The notes under the pieces: generated by a model
What the model saw: the letters and a program-made list of their open reading frames with translations, nothing else
Told to the model about the DNA's origin: nothing
The model's database searches: none
Program-made: the position numbers and the translations under genes
Origin: Vicugna vicugna
Lineage: Eukaryota
Direction of reading: 5' to 3'
DNA: 64,000 bases
Assembly: GCA_013265495.1 (NCBI GenBank)
Contig: MU061579.1
Location: forward strand, 6,486,124-6,550,123
Part shown: one piece after another, positions 25,020 through 38,274 of the stretch
How the letters are laid out: the number at the start of each line of letters is the position of its first letter
How positions within the stretch are numbered: the stretch's first letter is position 1

Positions 25020-26934
25020 AAATTTCTAAAATTTCTTTTTGATGGAGCCATTTTGTATTCATCAAACTGACTCCATCCTGACTAATTTTTGTAATATTTA
25101 TTCTTAACCACATGGAATTCTGAGAGCCTCAGTGGTGAGGTAAAGGGTGTAGGGATTTTCATATGTAAAGATCTATTTATTTTTCTCTGCCCCTGACACA
25201 AAATTTATTATGTGATTCCATCATCACTTGCTCAAAACACTTTGGACATGATAAATATAAAATTTTCCTTATTTTTCTAGCTATTGTGTTTATATTTAGT
25301 GCTTATTAATATAGAGAAAACAGAATCACCACTTTTCTATATCAGGGGAATTATGCCTATGAAGCATAAAATAGTCAATCTCTACTGCCCTTTTTATATC
25401 TACAAGTCATAAACTAAAGAATGGAAACCTACTTGACATGAGTTAAATCCAGTTTTCTCTCCACTATGTTATGTCAAGAACTATATTATTTTCCTAGTGG
25501 GAGATAATGTTACTTGTGTCTTCTCTTCAGTTGTCCAAGTTCTGTGAAAGCATACAACCTGTAGGGCCATTTTTTTCCCCTTTGGTAAAGTGGTTGGGAA
25601 TCTTTCAGTTAATCTAGTCTTATTTTTGCAAAATTTCCTTTTATCATTTCAGGAAAGTCATACTGCTCAATAGTCAAGAATAAGGATGAAATCATTTTTT
25701 TTTAGGTAAAAAGAAATGTCTCCATGTTCTATATTCTTAAAAAAAACTTTCTTCTTGCTGTTAAATACAAAAAGCATCTAGAAAGTAAGTACTTTCAATG
25801 GCAAGTCATTTTTAACTGTATAATCATATATTTCCATTATGATGGTTGAATTAAGTGTAAGACAACTCTTTCCTGATTTAGTTTTTCATGGACTTTATGC
25901 AGCAAGTATTTTATTTTTTAAGATCTTCCAGAGTCTAACTGGCTCAATTTTTATTTCATTTAAATGTTTTCCTAAGATTCTTAAGATCTCCGAATTTGGT
26001 GATGTTTTCAGAGTGAGTATTATATGTATAATAAGCAATGATAAAATATTCATTTTAGTTCTTCCTTGACCAACTGCAGGATTGGTCATAATAATAACAA
26101 ACTAGTATCTGTATTGCACAAATGTATGCTACTTGAGCTAAACACGAAGAGTTTCTTAATGGAAATGAGTCTTCCTCTTCTAGATCCCTTGCCCAGGTAG
26201 GCTGTCCTTTTATTTTATGGATGAATTTGCAGTCTAATTAATTTTCTTCTATCTTTTAAGAGGACTTTGGCCATACAATGACAAGGACAAATTTTCCTTG
26301 CACTGTATTCCATAGGCACCACAATCTAGACGACTGCATTAGCAACTGCAGCTTGGCAACAGATTTTCTGGAATCAGTCCTAAGAGTGACTCATTCTTTT
26401 TGACAGTCTCTGTAAAGTCAAGTCCTCCTGTAAGGAATTCTTACTTTCTTCTGATGACTGATACACATGGCCAGAATGTTGGAGAGGGGAAGACAGTCTA
26501 GATAGACTTCAACAAAATGCTAGTCTCACTCTAACTACAACCCCCAAAGAACAATTATATTATAGCAACAGTAAAGCCCCTGAAATCTCTGCCATATAGT
26601 GTTTTCCTTTACTTCTAGAACCATTTTTTGACCTTGTATGTGACATAGAGAATGTATCTTAACCATTAGTCTTTAGATTTATATAGCGTCTTCATTACTA
26701 TGACTCACATTTCCAGAGGCCATGCTCCTTAGCTGCAGTTGGTATGCTTATCTTATAAGTGCTTCATGTCAGTGGATAAGTTTTCTTTCCCTTTTCAAAC
26801 ATACACAATAAAACGTCACTCAAAATTAATCTGAATAGAGGTTTAAAATTTATCTTAGATAATAAAAATATTTGTTCACAGAACCAACACTGATTATATT
26901 CCCCACTAATTTAATTCAATGTGTATTTATAATA

Positions 26935-27375
26935 GAAAATGCTGATTTATCATGTGACCAAGGTCTGAGCTGGATTCTTTCACATACTTTACCTAATTTT
27001 GGTGTATATTCAGCATTTTGCAGGAGAAAAATATGAGGCTGCATGTAGTTAAATACACAATTTCACATAGCTAGAAAATTACAGACCAGAAAAGTAAGCC
27101 CTAAACTGCTGACTCCATGCTCAATACTATTTTTATTAAGTACCATCATTATCAAAAAATAATAAAAATGGTATTTATTGAACACTTACTCTGAAATTGT
27201 ATATGTACAAGATGCTATAGGCTTTATTTTGTTTAATCTTCACAACAACACTATGACATAAATACTATAATTAATCCCACTCTATCGACAGAGAAACGAA
27301 AATTCAATGAATCACTGAGCTGAGATATAGCCAGGTAGTGGGTTCCAGAGTACACACAGCTAACCATACACTACT
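26935..27375 (-). mobile_element. Two MIR fragments
   Basis: 'gtatttattgaacacttact...tttaatcttcacaacaacactatga...atcccactctatcgacagagaaacgaa', plus an upstream degraded copy. Confidence 0.55.
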
Positions 27376-27804
27376 CCTGAATATCTCATTTAAAATAGTG
27401 TGAGAGCACACTGTAGAACTTGGTCACTCCTTAAGTATTTAGCACTCAACTGCACGTTAAATTCATCATAAATTTCATGGAATCACGCATCAGCCACAAG
27501 TTCTGTTTTTCAGAATTTCCATGTACACACATGAATTCAAATTTTCTGGCTCCACACCATTTGCCTTTAAAAGTAGAAATGGTAGTAAAGACAAGAGAGT
27601 GTAGATAAACAGAGAAATGAAGAACTAGTTCACCTACTTTTTTCCTTCTCATTGACACTGAGCCAAGCCAAGGTGATGCCTGAGAAGGGGTGGTGGGAAA
27701 TCCCAACACACTATGCTCATGCTGATTTCTATTTGAAGTCCAGTCTGTGCCAAGGCTTTCTAGAGAAAGTATTTGAACAAAGCCTAACTCCTTGACTTAC
27801 TGTT

Positions 27805-28215
27805 TTTAGTGTTTTTATTGAAGTGCAAAATACAAGCAGAAAAGTGAACAAATAATAAATATTCAGTTTGATACATTTTCATAAGCACCCAGATCAAGAA
27901 ACAGTATTATGGACATCCCAAAAGCCACTGTCATCTCTACTGTAGTCACTGCCCTTTTCAGTAAGCACTGTCTTGCTTTCCAATGATATAGATGAGCTTT
28001 GCACTGTATACTTATATATAAGTGCAATAAAAGGTTATGTACTGTCTATTAACTCAAAATTATGTTTGTGATTTCACATCATTCTATTTAACTGCAGAAT
28101 GGTCACTCATTGTGTAATATTTCACTGTGCGAAAATACAATTATATATGTATTTATTGTACCATTTATGGGTATTTGGGTAGTTTTCAGTTAGGAGCTAA
28201 TACAAATAATGCTGC
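27805..28215 (-). mobile_element. Old L1 (L1ME/L1MB-like) 3' end
   Basis: 'tttttattgaagtg...aaagtgaacaaataataa', 'cacccagatcaagaaacag' and 'gggtatttgggtagttttcag'. Confidence 0.65.
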
Positions 28216-28699
28216 CCCTGGACTGCTATCTTTGAACTGATGACATCTCTACTAAGGAGGTAAAAGGGGACAGCACTGATTTTACATTACTTCTATAAAC
28301 AAAGTAGCTTAAATACATGATTCAGGGGCTACTAGACAGCTTCAACTGTTCATAATTGACTCCCTGATTTTCACATTTGATATGTGACATTCTGCCACTA
28401 GTAACCCAGTCCCTGAAAGTAAACAATGTTTTTTCCTAAAGTTTTAGTTTTAAATGCAATCTCATTTGGCAATATCTTGGAATATTTTAATCTTGAGTGT
28501 CCAGGAATCCAAGGTTATGACTCACAACAACATAAGCCATCTGAAATTGCGTGCATTAAAATTTTTTGTATGCATGGGTATACAGCAGACATTTCCAGTT
28601 CCCTGCCCATATCATCTTGGAATTCATTTCCACCCACACCTAAGTTTGTTTACTTGAAAACTGTAACTTTATCTGTGTGTGCACATTTGATTTGAATAC

Positions 28700-29002
28700 A
28701 GAATGAGCAAGAAGTTCTGTGAAGTTAATAATCCCAGAAGCAGCATCCCTTGGCAAATGATGGAAGAAGTTTGGAGGATAAATATTTCCATTCCTCTGTT
28801 TCTGATTGGGATAACTCAGGAATGTAGTATGCCGTCTCCAGATTTCCTGAGCAGGATGTAGTTCCAGTTGCCCATAGTGATAACTGGCTTGATCATGCAC
28901 CCTTTATTGGCTTCCTATCTTTAGCTCTCTTGCTTCCATATTCCTCTGCCTTCATTTCCTGGGATCAACTCCCAAACAGATTTTTTTTGCACTTGAATCC
29001 TG
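28700..29002 (+). mobile_element. LTR16-family (ERVL) LTR fragment
   Basis: 'gggataactcagg...ttccagttgcccatagtgataactggcttgatcatgcaccctttattggcttcc...tttcctgggatcaactcccaaac...gcacttgaatcc'. Confidence 0.75.
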
Positions 29003-29161
29003 ACACTTTATATCAAGTTGTGCATGTGTGTATTTTCACGTGCGTATACATTTTGTCTGATAAAATTCCCAATGTCATCAAACGTATTTAAGAATAACCA
29101 TCTTATTATGAATTTGTTTGTCAAATCTTTTAAAAATAGCACTTGATTCTGAAGGGAGCAC

Positions 29162-29718
29162 TGTGAGGAGGGTTAGCACAGCAGAACTGGCTGCTTGTTC
29201 CTTGCATGTCTCCAAAGGACATCTGACCTTTGGCCAACCCCTGGGAATTTGGCCTTCAGCAGACTCATGTTGATAATTGATAGCTCTGTTGTATATACAT
29301 GGAGCAGCAGACCATGCCATTCAGCTTGTCAGGATTCTTTTGCATAAACATCAAGATTGACGGTGTGTACCAGGTTTCATTTTTGGGGTCTTGAATTTTG
29401 TTATCATGGCTGGTTGTGTAGCAGGTCTACATGACCAGCTCTCCATAAAAGCCTTCCCTCAGGAGAATCTCCTAATATGTGCTTACAGTTTACAGACAGG
29501 GAAAAGCACTTCCCATACCATGATCCCAGGTGGGAGAGGACTTGAAAAACCCGTGCCTGGCCTCTCTGAACTCTACCTAATGTATAGCTTCCTGCTGTTC
29601 TTAGTGCTGGCCCTTTTTCTGTACTAGACCTTAGCCATGGTTGTAACCTGCTATTACATCCTGTGAATCCTTCCAGAGAACTGGCAACCTTAAGGGTGGT
29701 CTTGAGACCTCTGAAACA
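29162..29718 (+). mobile_element. Solo LTR, MER21/MER77-like
   Basis: TG...CA ends; 3' end 'cctgtgaatccttccagagaactggcaaccttaagggtggtcttgagacctctgaaaca'; flanks agcac/atcac form a 5-bp TSD with one mismatch. Confidence 0.7.
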
Positions 29719-30601
29719 ATCACCAAGTAAATTTTAGCGAGGGCAAAAATTTTTACTCCTAGGAGACCTCCTAGGGAAAGGCATGCCAAGGTAACAGTTT
29801 CATAACTGGGGTAGACATCTGGAAGGCTAGGGATTAATCCCGCTCTGTTGGATTTCTTCAAAGAGGTGTACATAGAAGACTCTTTATAAACAACTTCATT
29901 GCCTTTGCAGATTATGCTTAGGATTCACATTTAGTGTAAACAGCAAAGAAAAGTATCTATTGTTGGTATTCAATTATGGAAAAAATTTGCGAGCTCTTTT
30001 GTCATCACCCATCCACAAAATCTCACAATTAGTAAAAGTCCTCATAAATGTGTTACCCTCTAAACCCCCAGAACTATAGAAATTAGAATAGTTAATACAG
30101 AAGTCACAAGTGGTAGAAATCTCTCCTGGCTTAACTTGGGAAATGGGGACTTGGAACAAGTTTGAGCAGGAATTAAAACAGACTGATGCAAACTAACAGA
30201 AGGATGTACCAAGTCAGGGCCAGCCTTCTATTAAAACTGGCAGGCTGGAAAGCCACATGCCTGAGAGTATAAAAATCATGAAAGTCAGAAGATGACTCTT
30301 GACTTCCAAAGTGATTCAAGCCCTCCCAGATAACTTCCTGCATGTTAAGTAAACCAGATAAATGACGCAATATTTAAAATCTAAGTTACCGAGGAAGCTT
30401 GCTGTGCTGGGGTTATAAATGGAATCATTTTGAAAGAATCTTTCTTTCTTTAGGGCTTTCTAAACTTGCGGGGTGCAGATGCATGGATTTTGCCTTATTT
30501 TCAAGTCAATGTCTTTCACAAGTACTGTCAGAAATACTTGATCAAAATAACATTTACTTTCTTAAAATCACTAACAGCTTTTCTTTAGGAAAAAAAATCA
30601 G

Positions 30602-33600
30602 AGTCAGTTCAAGATGGCGATGTAGGGAAATCTAGAACTCACCTCCTTCCATGGACACACCAAATCTACAGCTACATATAAAACAACTTCCTCTGGAAAA
30701 AACCTGAAACTAGCTGAGCAACTCCTTCACATCAGGTAAATGAGGAAAAGTCCATATCGAAGTGGGTGGAAGAGGCTAACAAACAAATCCCACCCCTGGT
30801 GCAATGACTCACAATCAGAAGGAAACTCACAAACCTAACACCCTGAGGGGTATAAACCACACATCAGGTACCACAACTTCTAAGACCTGCACCTGAACAA
30901 TAAGCCCCCAAAACATCTGGCTTTGAAAAATTAACAGGGCCCACATCTACAAGACCTAAAGTCCTAAGCAAACTGAGAAAGTCTCTCAAAGGGCTCACAC
31001 ATGGATACATTCTTTTCAGGGCATAGCACAGACGCAGTCATTTGAAAAATGTTCAGGTTTTATGTGAAAGAGATTTGTTTGCTAATGATATTCATGCTTT
31101 TTCTACCTTGCTAAAGCTAGTAGATGCCATCTTTTATTATTTTTTTATTCTAGACTTTTTTTCCCCTCAGTCAGTGCCATCTTTAACCTCTAAATGGCAG
31201 GAACCACCTTTACTCTGTCCCTCTGCCATACTCCAGAGAACCAGTTTCTCCTGAAGGGGAGCCTTTACGCACATCTGGGACCCCAATATTTGCATCTAGT
31301 GACCCGGTGACCCGGTGACCCGGTTTTTGCAGCTGCCACCCAGGACACTTCTTGATCACTTGACTCTGAAGTCCAGGAAAGGCTTGTAATCCTAGATGCC
31401 ATGGGACTGTAACAATTGGAGGGATAATTCTTGGCAGACTACCATGCCCAGGGAACTGCAGAGGCCTATAAGCTTATCATTATAACTGCAGCCTGAGGCG
31501 CAAGTTTCTAATTAAACACATATCTAAGGACTGAGTGTAAATCTTTCCAGAGGTCTTGGAGGGCAGGTGCCATCTTTGTGCTCCCCGTCTGTTTCACTGC
31601 AGCTCACCACCATCTCCCAGAAAGGAGCTTAAACAATTGTCTGGAACCCTGGTTTTTGAGACTAACACTGAGGGGACACCTTTAGATGGCTGGCTCTAGT
31701 GGCCAGCAGGGCTTATACCTGCAGCCTCACAGGACTGTATATATCTGAAAATTTAAAAATCTGCTGCCTGAGTGTCTAACTTCTAATCACCCTAAATCTA
31801 AGTGCTGACTGAGATCCTCTTCTTTGGAACACTGACATGTCTTGGCACAACCTCAACTACTGGGAGCTGTTTAAAATAAAGCAGTAAGACGAGGCTGCAA
31901 TCACAAAGCTTTGAGAGAAAATCAAGAGCTAGGGCGAGGTGGAATATTAAGGTTTATTTCCCATATGAACCCACTCTTTCTAGACTGGTAGAGATGGCCA
32001 TTTCATCTAGTGCATAGAAACTAACACAGAGAGTCAAGCAAAATGAGGAAACAGATGAATATTTTCTAAACAAAAGAACAAGTTAAAACCTCAGGGGGAA
32101 ATAGATAAGTAATTTACCTAATAAAGAATTTAAAGTAATGATCATAAAGATGCTCACTGAATGTGGAAGAAGAATGGATGAACACAGAGAGGCCTTCAAC
32201 AAAATGATAGAAAAATATAAGAAAGCATCAAATAGAAGTCACAGAGCTGAAGAATACAATAACTGAACTGAAAAATACACTAGATGTTCAAAAGCAGACT
32301 AGATGAAGCAAAGAAAGATCACTGAATTCAAAGAGAGCAGTGGAACTCATTCAATCAGAGCAGCAAAAAGAAAAATGAAAAGAGTGAAGATGGTTTAGGG
32401 ACTTATGGGACAACATTAAGCATACTAATATTCACATTATAGAGGTCCTAGAAGGAGAAGAGAAAGAGAAAAGTGCAGAAAACTTATTTGAGTAAAAAAA
32501 TGACTGCAACTTCCCTATCTTGGGGAAAGAAACAAACATCTAGATACAGAAAGCCCACAGAATTCCAAGTAACACAAATCCAAAGAGACCCGCACCAAAC
32601 AACATTATAATTAAAATGTTAAAAGACAAGGAGAGAATCTTAATAGCAGCAAGAAAAAAACTACTTGTTATGTACAAGAGAACCACCATAAGACTATAAG
32701 CAGATTTTCAGCATAAACTTTGCAGGCCAGAAGGGAGTGGCATGATGTATTCAAAACGCTAAAAGAGAAAAGTTTCCAGCCAAGAATACTCTACACAGCA
32801 AAATTATCATTAAGATTGAAGAAATAGAGTTTCCCAGGCAAACAAAAGCTAAAGGAGTTCATTACCATTAAATCAGCAGTACAAAAAATGTTAAAGGGAC
32901 TCTTTAAAGCTAGCAAAAGAGGGCCAAAATTCAGTAAGAGAAAACATATTAAAGTATAAATCTCACCAAGATAAATAACTAGTAAAGGAAGTGTATCAAT
33001 CACTTATAAAGCTAGTATGGAAGTTAAAAGACAAAAGAGGTAAAACTAACTGCAACTACAATAATTAGTTAAAGGATAAAATTTAAAGGGCAATATCAAA
33101 AACAAAATGGAGATGCAGGGCAAAAATGTAGTTTTAGAGTGTGTCCAAACTTAAGCTGCTGTCAAGTTAAAATAAATGGTTATAAATATAAATTATTGTA
33201 TGTAAGCCTCACAGAAACCACTAAGCAAAAACCTGTAGTATATACACAAAAAAAGAGAAAGGCCAACAAGTTCATGGAAAAATGCTCAACTTCACTAATC
33301 ATCAGGGAAATACAAATCAAAACCACAATGAGCTATTACCTCACACCTGTTTGAATGGCTATTTAATGTAAAAGACAAGAAAACACAAGTATTGGCGAGG
33401 TTGTGGAGAAAAGGGAATACTTGTGCACTGTTGGTGGAAATGTAAATTGGTGCATCCACCATGGAAAACAGTATTCAGGTTTCTCAAAAATTAAAAATAG
33501 AACGACCATATGATCCAGCAATTCCACTTTTAAGTAGTTATTCAAAGAAAGTAAAAACAATAACTCAAAAAGATATATACATCCTCATGTTCATTGCACC

Positions 33601-34230
33601 ATTATTTACAACAGCCAAGATATGGAAATAACTTCAGTGTCCATTGATGGATAAATAGATAAAGAAAATATGATACACACACACACATACAATGGAATAT
33701 TACTCAGTCATATAAATAAAAAGAATAAAATCCTGCCATTTGCAACAACATGAATGGACCTTGAGCATATAAACATAAGTGAAATAAGTCAGGGATAAAG
33801 ACAAATACCATATGATCTCACTTATGTGGACTATAAAACAATTTTTAATTTAAAAAAGCTCATATATACAGAGAACAGGTTGCTGGAGGCGGGAGCTGGA
33901 GTTTGGGTAAAATGTGTGAAGGAGTTCAAAAGTTACACATTTTCTGTTATAAAATTAATAAATCACGAGATGTAATATACAGCATGGTGAACATAGTTAA
34001 TAATACTGTGCATATCTGAAAGTTGCTAAGAGATTATATTGTAGAAGTTCTCATCAAAAGAAAAAAAAACATTTTATATCAATGTATGGTGACAGATTTT
34101 TAAATAGACTTATTTTGGGAACCTTTTGCAATGTATACAAATCTTGAATCACTATGTTGTACACCTGAAACTAATATAATGTTATGTCAATTTTACCTCA
34201 GTTAAAAATAAAATTTAAAGATTTTTAAAG
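30602..34230 (+). mobile_element. L1 with both ends present but most of ORF2 deleted
   Basis: 5' signature 'ttcaagatggcg', 5' UTR, degraded ORF1 (about 32043-32910) and inter-ORF spacer, then a jump at about 33261 to the ORF2 C-terminus ('[17 protein letters not shown]'), 3' UTR and tail. TSD aggaaaaaaaatcag (30587-30601) vs aagaaaaaaattcag (34231-34245). Confidence 0.88.
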
Positions 34231-35149
34231 AAGAAAAAAATTCAGGTAAACTTAAGCCAATATGATACCTTCTCTATGCTATGAGTTTTCTATGCCCTGA
34301 GAAAGCAAGACAAAATAAATACCAGTTTAATTTTATGTACTGTTATTTAAACATAAACATCCATGATATCATCTAACTTAAAATTTGTTGATATTGTAAT
34401 AAAATAGTTCTGAATCTTACTTGTTTCATAAGGAAAATGTAATGTGATTTTCTAATTTTATTTAGATTTGAACAAAGTGTTACCTTGAATAAAAAAAAGC
34501 AAGACAAACAAACAAACAAACCTAAGGCATCTTTCCAGCCCTCTAATGGGCACCCTGCTGGGATGCCACCCTTTTCTTTGAAGCCTCTGTCCATGGTCCT
34601 ACCATACATTCACCAGCTGCACCGGATTCCCTATGGAGCTCCAGCCTCAGAGTGCTGAGTTACATGTTGGGACCGCCTGCAGGGAAGGCCAGAGTCTGTT
34701 TTTCCCACATGCCACCTCTCCGCATTAGCAGCTCTGTTCCTCTCAGACCTGTGCATTCTCCAGTGCTGGGATTAGTTTCACATGAGGACAGTCCTGCCAC
34801 TAGGACCCAGGAGCAGCTGTAGATGCATATATCCCAGGGAAAGGAGCAGGAAGTCTGCCACAGGCTTTGAATTGGCTAGAGAACCTTCTGAAGCAGGTAC
34901 TGGAGTGAATCTCCCTGCTGCATCAGGGCATAGGGAGACTGATGTGAGCACACAGGCCAAGATGCCCTCTCCAGGGAGCTCTGCCAGGGCCTGCCTCTGC
35001 CCCAGGGACAGCTGTGCTGGCTTTGGCTCCTGGGGCCTCTGCGGCAGTTGTGCAGGTGAAGAGGGGTCTCAAACAGGAGTCAAGAGCTTCCTGAACAACT
35101 GTTCATTCTAACACCCCACTTTTTCTCATTAAACATTTGGGAGAAAGCT

Positions 35150-35478
35150 TCCTCACAAAAGGATTTTTAGGGCAGTGAAACTACTCTGTATAATACTATA
35201 ATGATGGATATATGTCATTTACATTTGTCTAAACCCATAGAATATACAACACCAAGAGCAAACCTAATGCAAACTATGGACTTTGAGAGTTTATGATGTG
35301 TCAATGTAGATTCATCAATTGTCACAAATGTACCATTCTGGTGGGGAATACTGATAATGGGGGAGACTATGCATGCAAGGGGGAAGGAAGTAAATGGACA
35401 ATCTCTGTATCTTCTCAATTTTTCTGTGAGCTTAAAACTGCTCTAAAAATAAAGTTTATTTAAAAATTATAAATAAAA
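35150..35478 (+). mobile_element. L1MC/L1MD-like 3' terminal fragment
   Basis: 'ggatttttagggcagtgaaactactctgtataatac...aaaactgctctaaaaataaagtttatttaaaa'. Confidence 0.8.
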
Positions 35479-36437
35479 GGAAAACATGGAAAAAGAGGTC
35501 TTTCCTTCACAGGTTCCTGGGACACTTGAACAAAACTCCTTGTAGTGGGTCTCTGCAGAGTCCCTCAGTTTTAAGCCAAAGTGCCCTGTTTAGGGAAAAT
35601 ACTTTGCAATCAGATCTCAAACACACGAGGCCTTCTTTATAGCCCTCTGTTTCATCTTCCCCCTGCCCTCAGATTTCAGCCTCTGTATTTTTCACAGAAA
35701 TCTTTACTTCCTATTCCTTCCTGGAAAATCTCAAACTCTCTTTTTATTTTACCCTATACACTAACAGCTCATTAAACACAGTCCAATTCATTCAGTTCAT
35801 AAGAACAATTGATTTCCTCCCAGAAGTAGAGGGAAATATTTATATTCTATTTTTCTAGTGCATCAAAGAAAAGAGAAGTTTAAAAAAATCACACAATTCT
35901 CCATAAAAATGGAATGGAATGCTTCCTTTCCCTCACCAACTATTCAGGTCCCTAACCAAGTTGTGCCTGCTTGGCTGTACACACAGATCAAATCTTAAAT
36001 CGATATGCTAATTTCTAATACTTCTGCCACTGCCCAAATCTAACTCACTACCATCTTTTACTTCTATCCCTGCATACTCAAATGCACAACCTTTTCTTCT
36101 TCCTTCATTGAATCACTGGTCCTTAAAGAGACAGATGAGTTTTATATACTCAAAGAACAAGCAATCTTTGATTCATTATATGCTAGCTGTTGAGAAGGAA
36201 TTATCTACCATGACTTTACCAGGCTGCCTTTTGTGGTAAGAGTCACTCGAGAGCAGTTAATTTGGTGTCATGGTGATAAAGAGGGAGAAGAGGGAAAATA
36301 TCTTAGCATTTCTCAGCAGCAAATGTCTTCCTAAGTAACATAAAATATCAAAAGTGCAACAGTGACTCTGACTACTGTTGGAGCTCCTGAGGCATTTAAA
36401 ATATAAGTGCAAGGAGAGAGTGGAAGTCTTTCTGGAC

Positions 36438-36647
36438 CTGTAGTTTTCATTTGTTGGAGATTTTGCAGCTGCAGGGGACATTTGGACAGAATGTCTGAAG
36501 ACATTCTTGATTATCCAGGGGAAGCTACTGGCATGTAGTAGGTAGAAGACAAGGTTGCTAATAAGCATACTGCAACATACAAGGCAGCCCTTTGCAGCAA
36601 AGAATTATCCAGCCCACAATGTCCAGAGTCACACTTGAGAAGCTCTG
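36438..36647. mobile_element. MER20 (hAT-Charlie) DNA transposon relic
   Basis: 'caggggacatttgg...aatgtctgaagacatt...gctactggcatgtagtaggtagaag...aagaattatccagcccacaatgtc...ttgagaagctctg'. Confidence 0.8.
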
Positions 36648-37108
36648 CTTTAAACCATCATCTCATTCTACATATGATGAATCTAAACCTCAGGGTCTCA
36701 AAAGTTCAGAGAGAAGGAGGATTTTCCCTTCCTTCACAAAGTTATGCTCCTACCAAGACTTACAATCAAAATGTTGAATCTAAACTGCAGGAAAGACATA
36801 GTTCTTACAGGAATCCAGGGAACTTTGAACATGATCACTAATTTCCTTTTATGACAATGCTAAGTCTCACTGCTTTCCTTCCGTAGGAAAAAAAAAATTA
36901 CCTAGAAATCAAAACCAAAGTGGCCTGATTTTAGGAGAAAGGGATCGCCAAGGGTTTTCTTAAATTAGTTTTCTCACAAGAAACCAAAGAACTCTGAGAA
37001 TTTGGAGCGTTCTTCTTCTGGAATATAAATAAAACTCATATAAGCCTCAGAGAATTTGAATCACCCACTCTTTGGCACCTAAAATTTCACTTGGACTAAC
37101 AGCATCTG

Positions 37109-37110
<2 letters not shown>

Positions 37111-37174
<64 letters not shown>
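37111..37174. repeat. (GT)32 microsatellite
   Basis: 64 bp of uninterrupted GT dinucleotide. Confidence 0.97.
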
Positions 37175-37175
<1 letters not shown>

Positions 37176-37194
37176 TGTGTGTTTTAACACCACT

Positions 37195-37717
37195 AATAAG
37201 ATCATATTACTCTCTTGCTTAAAACTCACCAATGGCTTCTCATTGCAATTCCAATACATCTCTCTTTCATCGTGCCTTTAAGACTCTACCAGATCAGCTC
37301 TTCTTACCATTCTAACCTTATCTTTTCCCTCTTTCCCCTTTGTCTTTACCTCAGGACTTTGAACTTATTCTTCCTGTAAAGGAAGTGCTACTTCCCCAGA
37401 GAATTTTATTCTTAGCTCCTTCTCATCATTCATTCAGGCCCTGGCAAAAATGTCATCTCTTCAGAAAAAGATCACCCTATTTAAGGAAAGTCACCTCCGT
37501 GATTACCAATCATAGCCACTGTTTATTTCTTTCCTAACGTTCAGAAAACCTAGAATTATTTATGCATTGTTTAATTGTTAAGTTTTTCCTCCTACTAAAA
37601 TGTAATTTCTAAGAGGGCAGGATTACGTGTCTTGTTCTTGCTATATCTACTGCATCTAGAACAGCCGGTGGCACTCAGTAGAATGCAATAGGTTTGTTAA
37701 GTGTATGAATGAATGAA
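37195..37717 (+). mobile_element. L2 LINE 3' end
   Basis: 'atcatattactctcttgcttaaaactcaccaatggcttctcattgc' through terminal 'gcactcagtag...tgaatgaatgaa'. Confidence 0.75.
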
Positions 37718-37924
37718 GTCAATGACAATAGCGAGAAAAGGGGAAGAGATCTTAGTGTGAAGATTCCAGGGCAATAGAAAAGCTTGGGGGGCAGAATAAG
37801 TCCTTGTAGGAACAAAGATGATCAAATAAAGGGGTAAAAATGTTAGGAGTGACATCTCTAAGGAGTCAGCCCTGAAACAACATACCAAACCACACACTAC
37901 TTAATTCTGAGTGAGTGAAAAGAG

Positions 37925-38202
37925 GACTAGGAGAGATGTTGTTTAAGGGTACAAACTTAGAAATAGTAGATATATAAGTCCTAGAGATCTAACACACAGT
38001 ATTGGGAACACAGACAACAATGTAGTATTATAATCATCAAACTGGCTGAGACTAGATTGTAATTCCCACCACACACACAAAAATGATAATTATGTGACAT
38101 GACAGAAGTGATAACTGTAGCTATAATGACAATCGTATTACAATGTATAATGAATCAAATCCACATGTTGTACACCTTAAATTTACACAATGTAAAAAAA
38201 AA
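37925..38202 (+). mobile_element. Short L1 3' end (L1MA-like)
   Basis: 'ttaagggtacaaactt...agtcctagagatctaa...atgttgtacaccttaaatttacacaatg' followed by an A-tail. Confidence 0.75.
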
Positions 38203-38274
38203 CAGTGAAAACAATCTCTTCACTCTTTTAAGATTTCATGCAATATTGTAACTTTGAGTTTCTCACTGCCTATA

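Noticed and set aside
4343..33560. Numerous 60-120 aa ORFs with RT or ORF1 motifs as active genes
   Set aside because: All are fragments of stop- and frameshift-riddled L1 copies or their antisense frames; no intact ORF1 or ORF2 exists.
37047..37281. ORFs with (TH)n / (VC)n repeats
   Set aside because: These are translations of the GT microsatellite.
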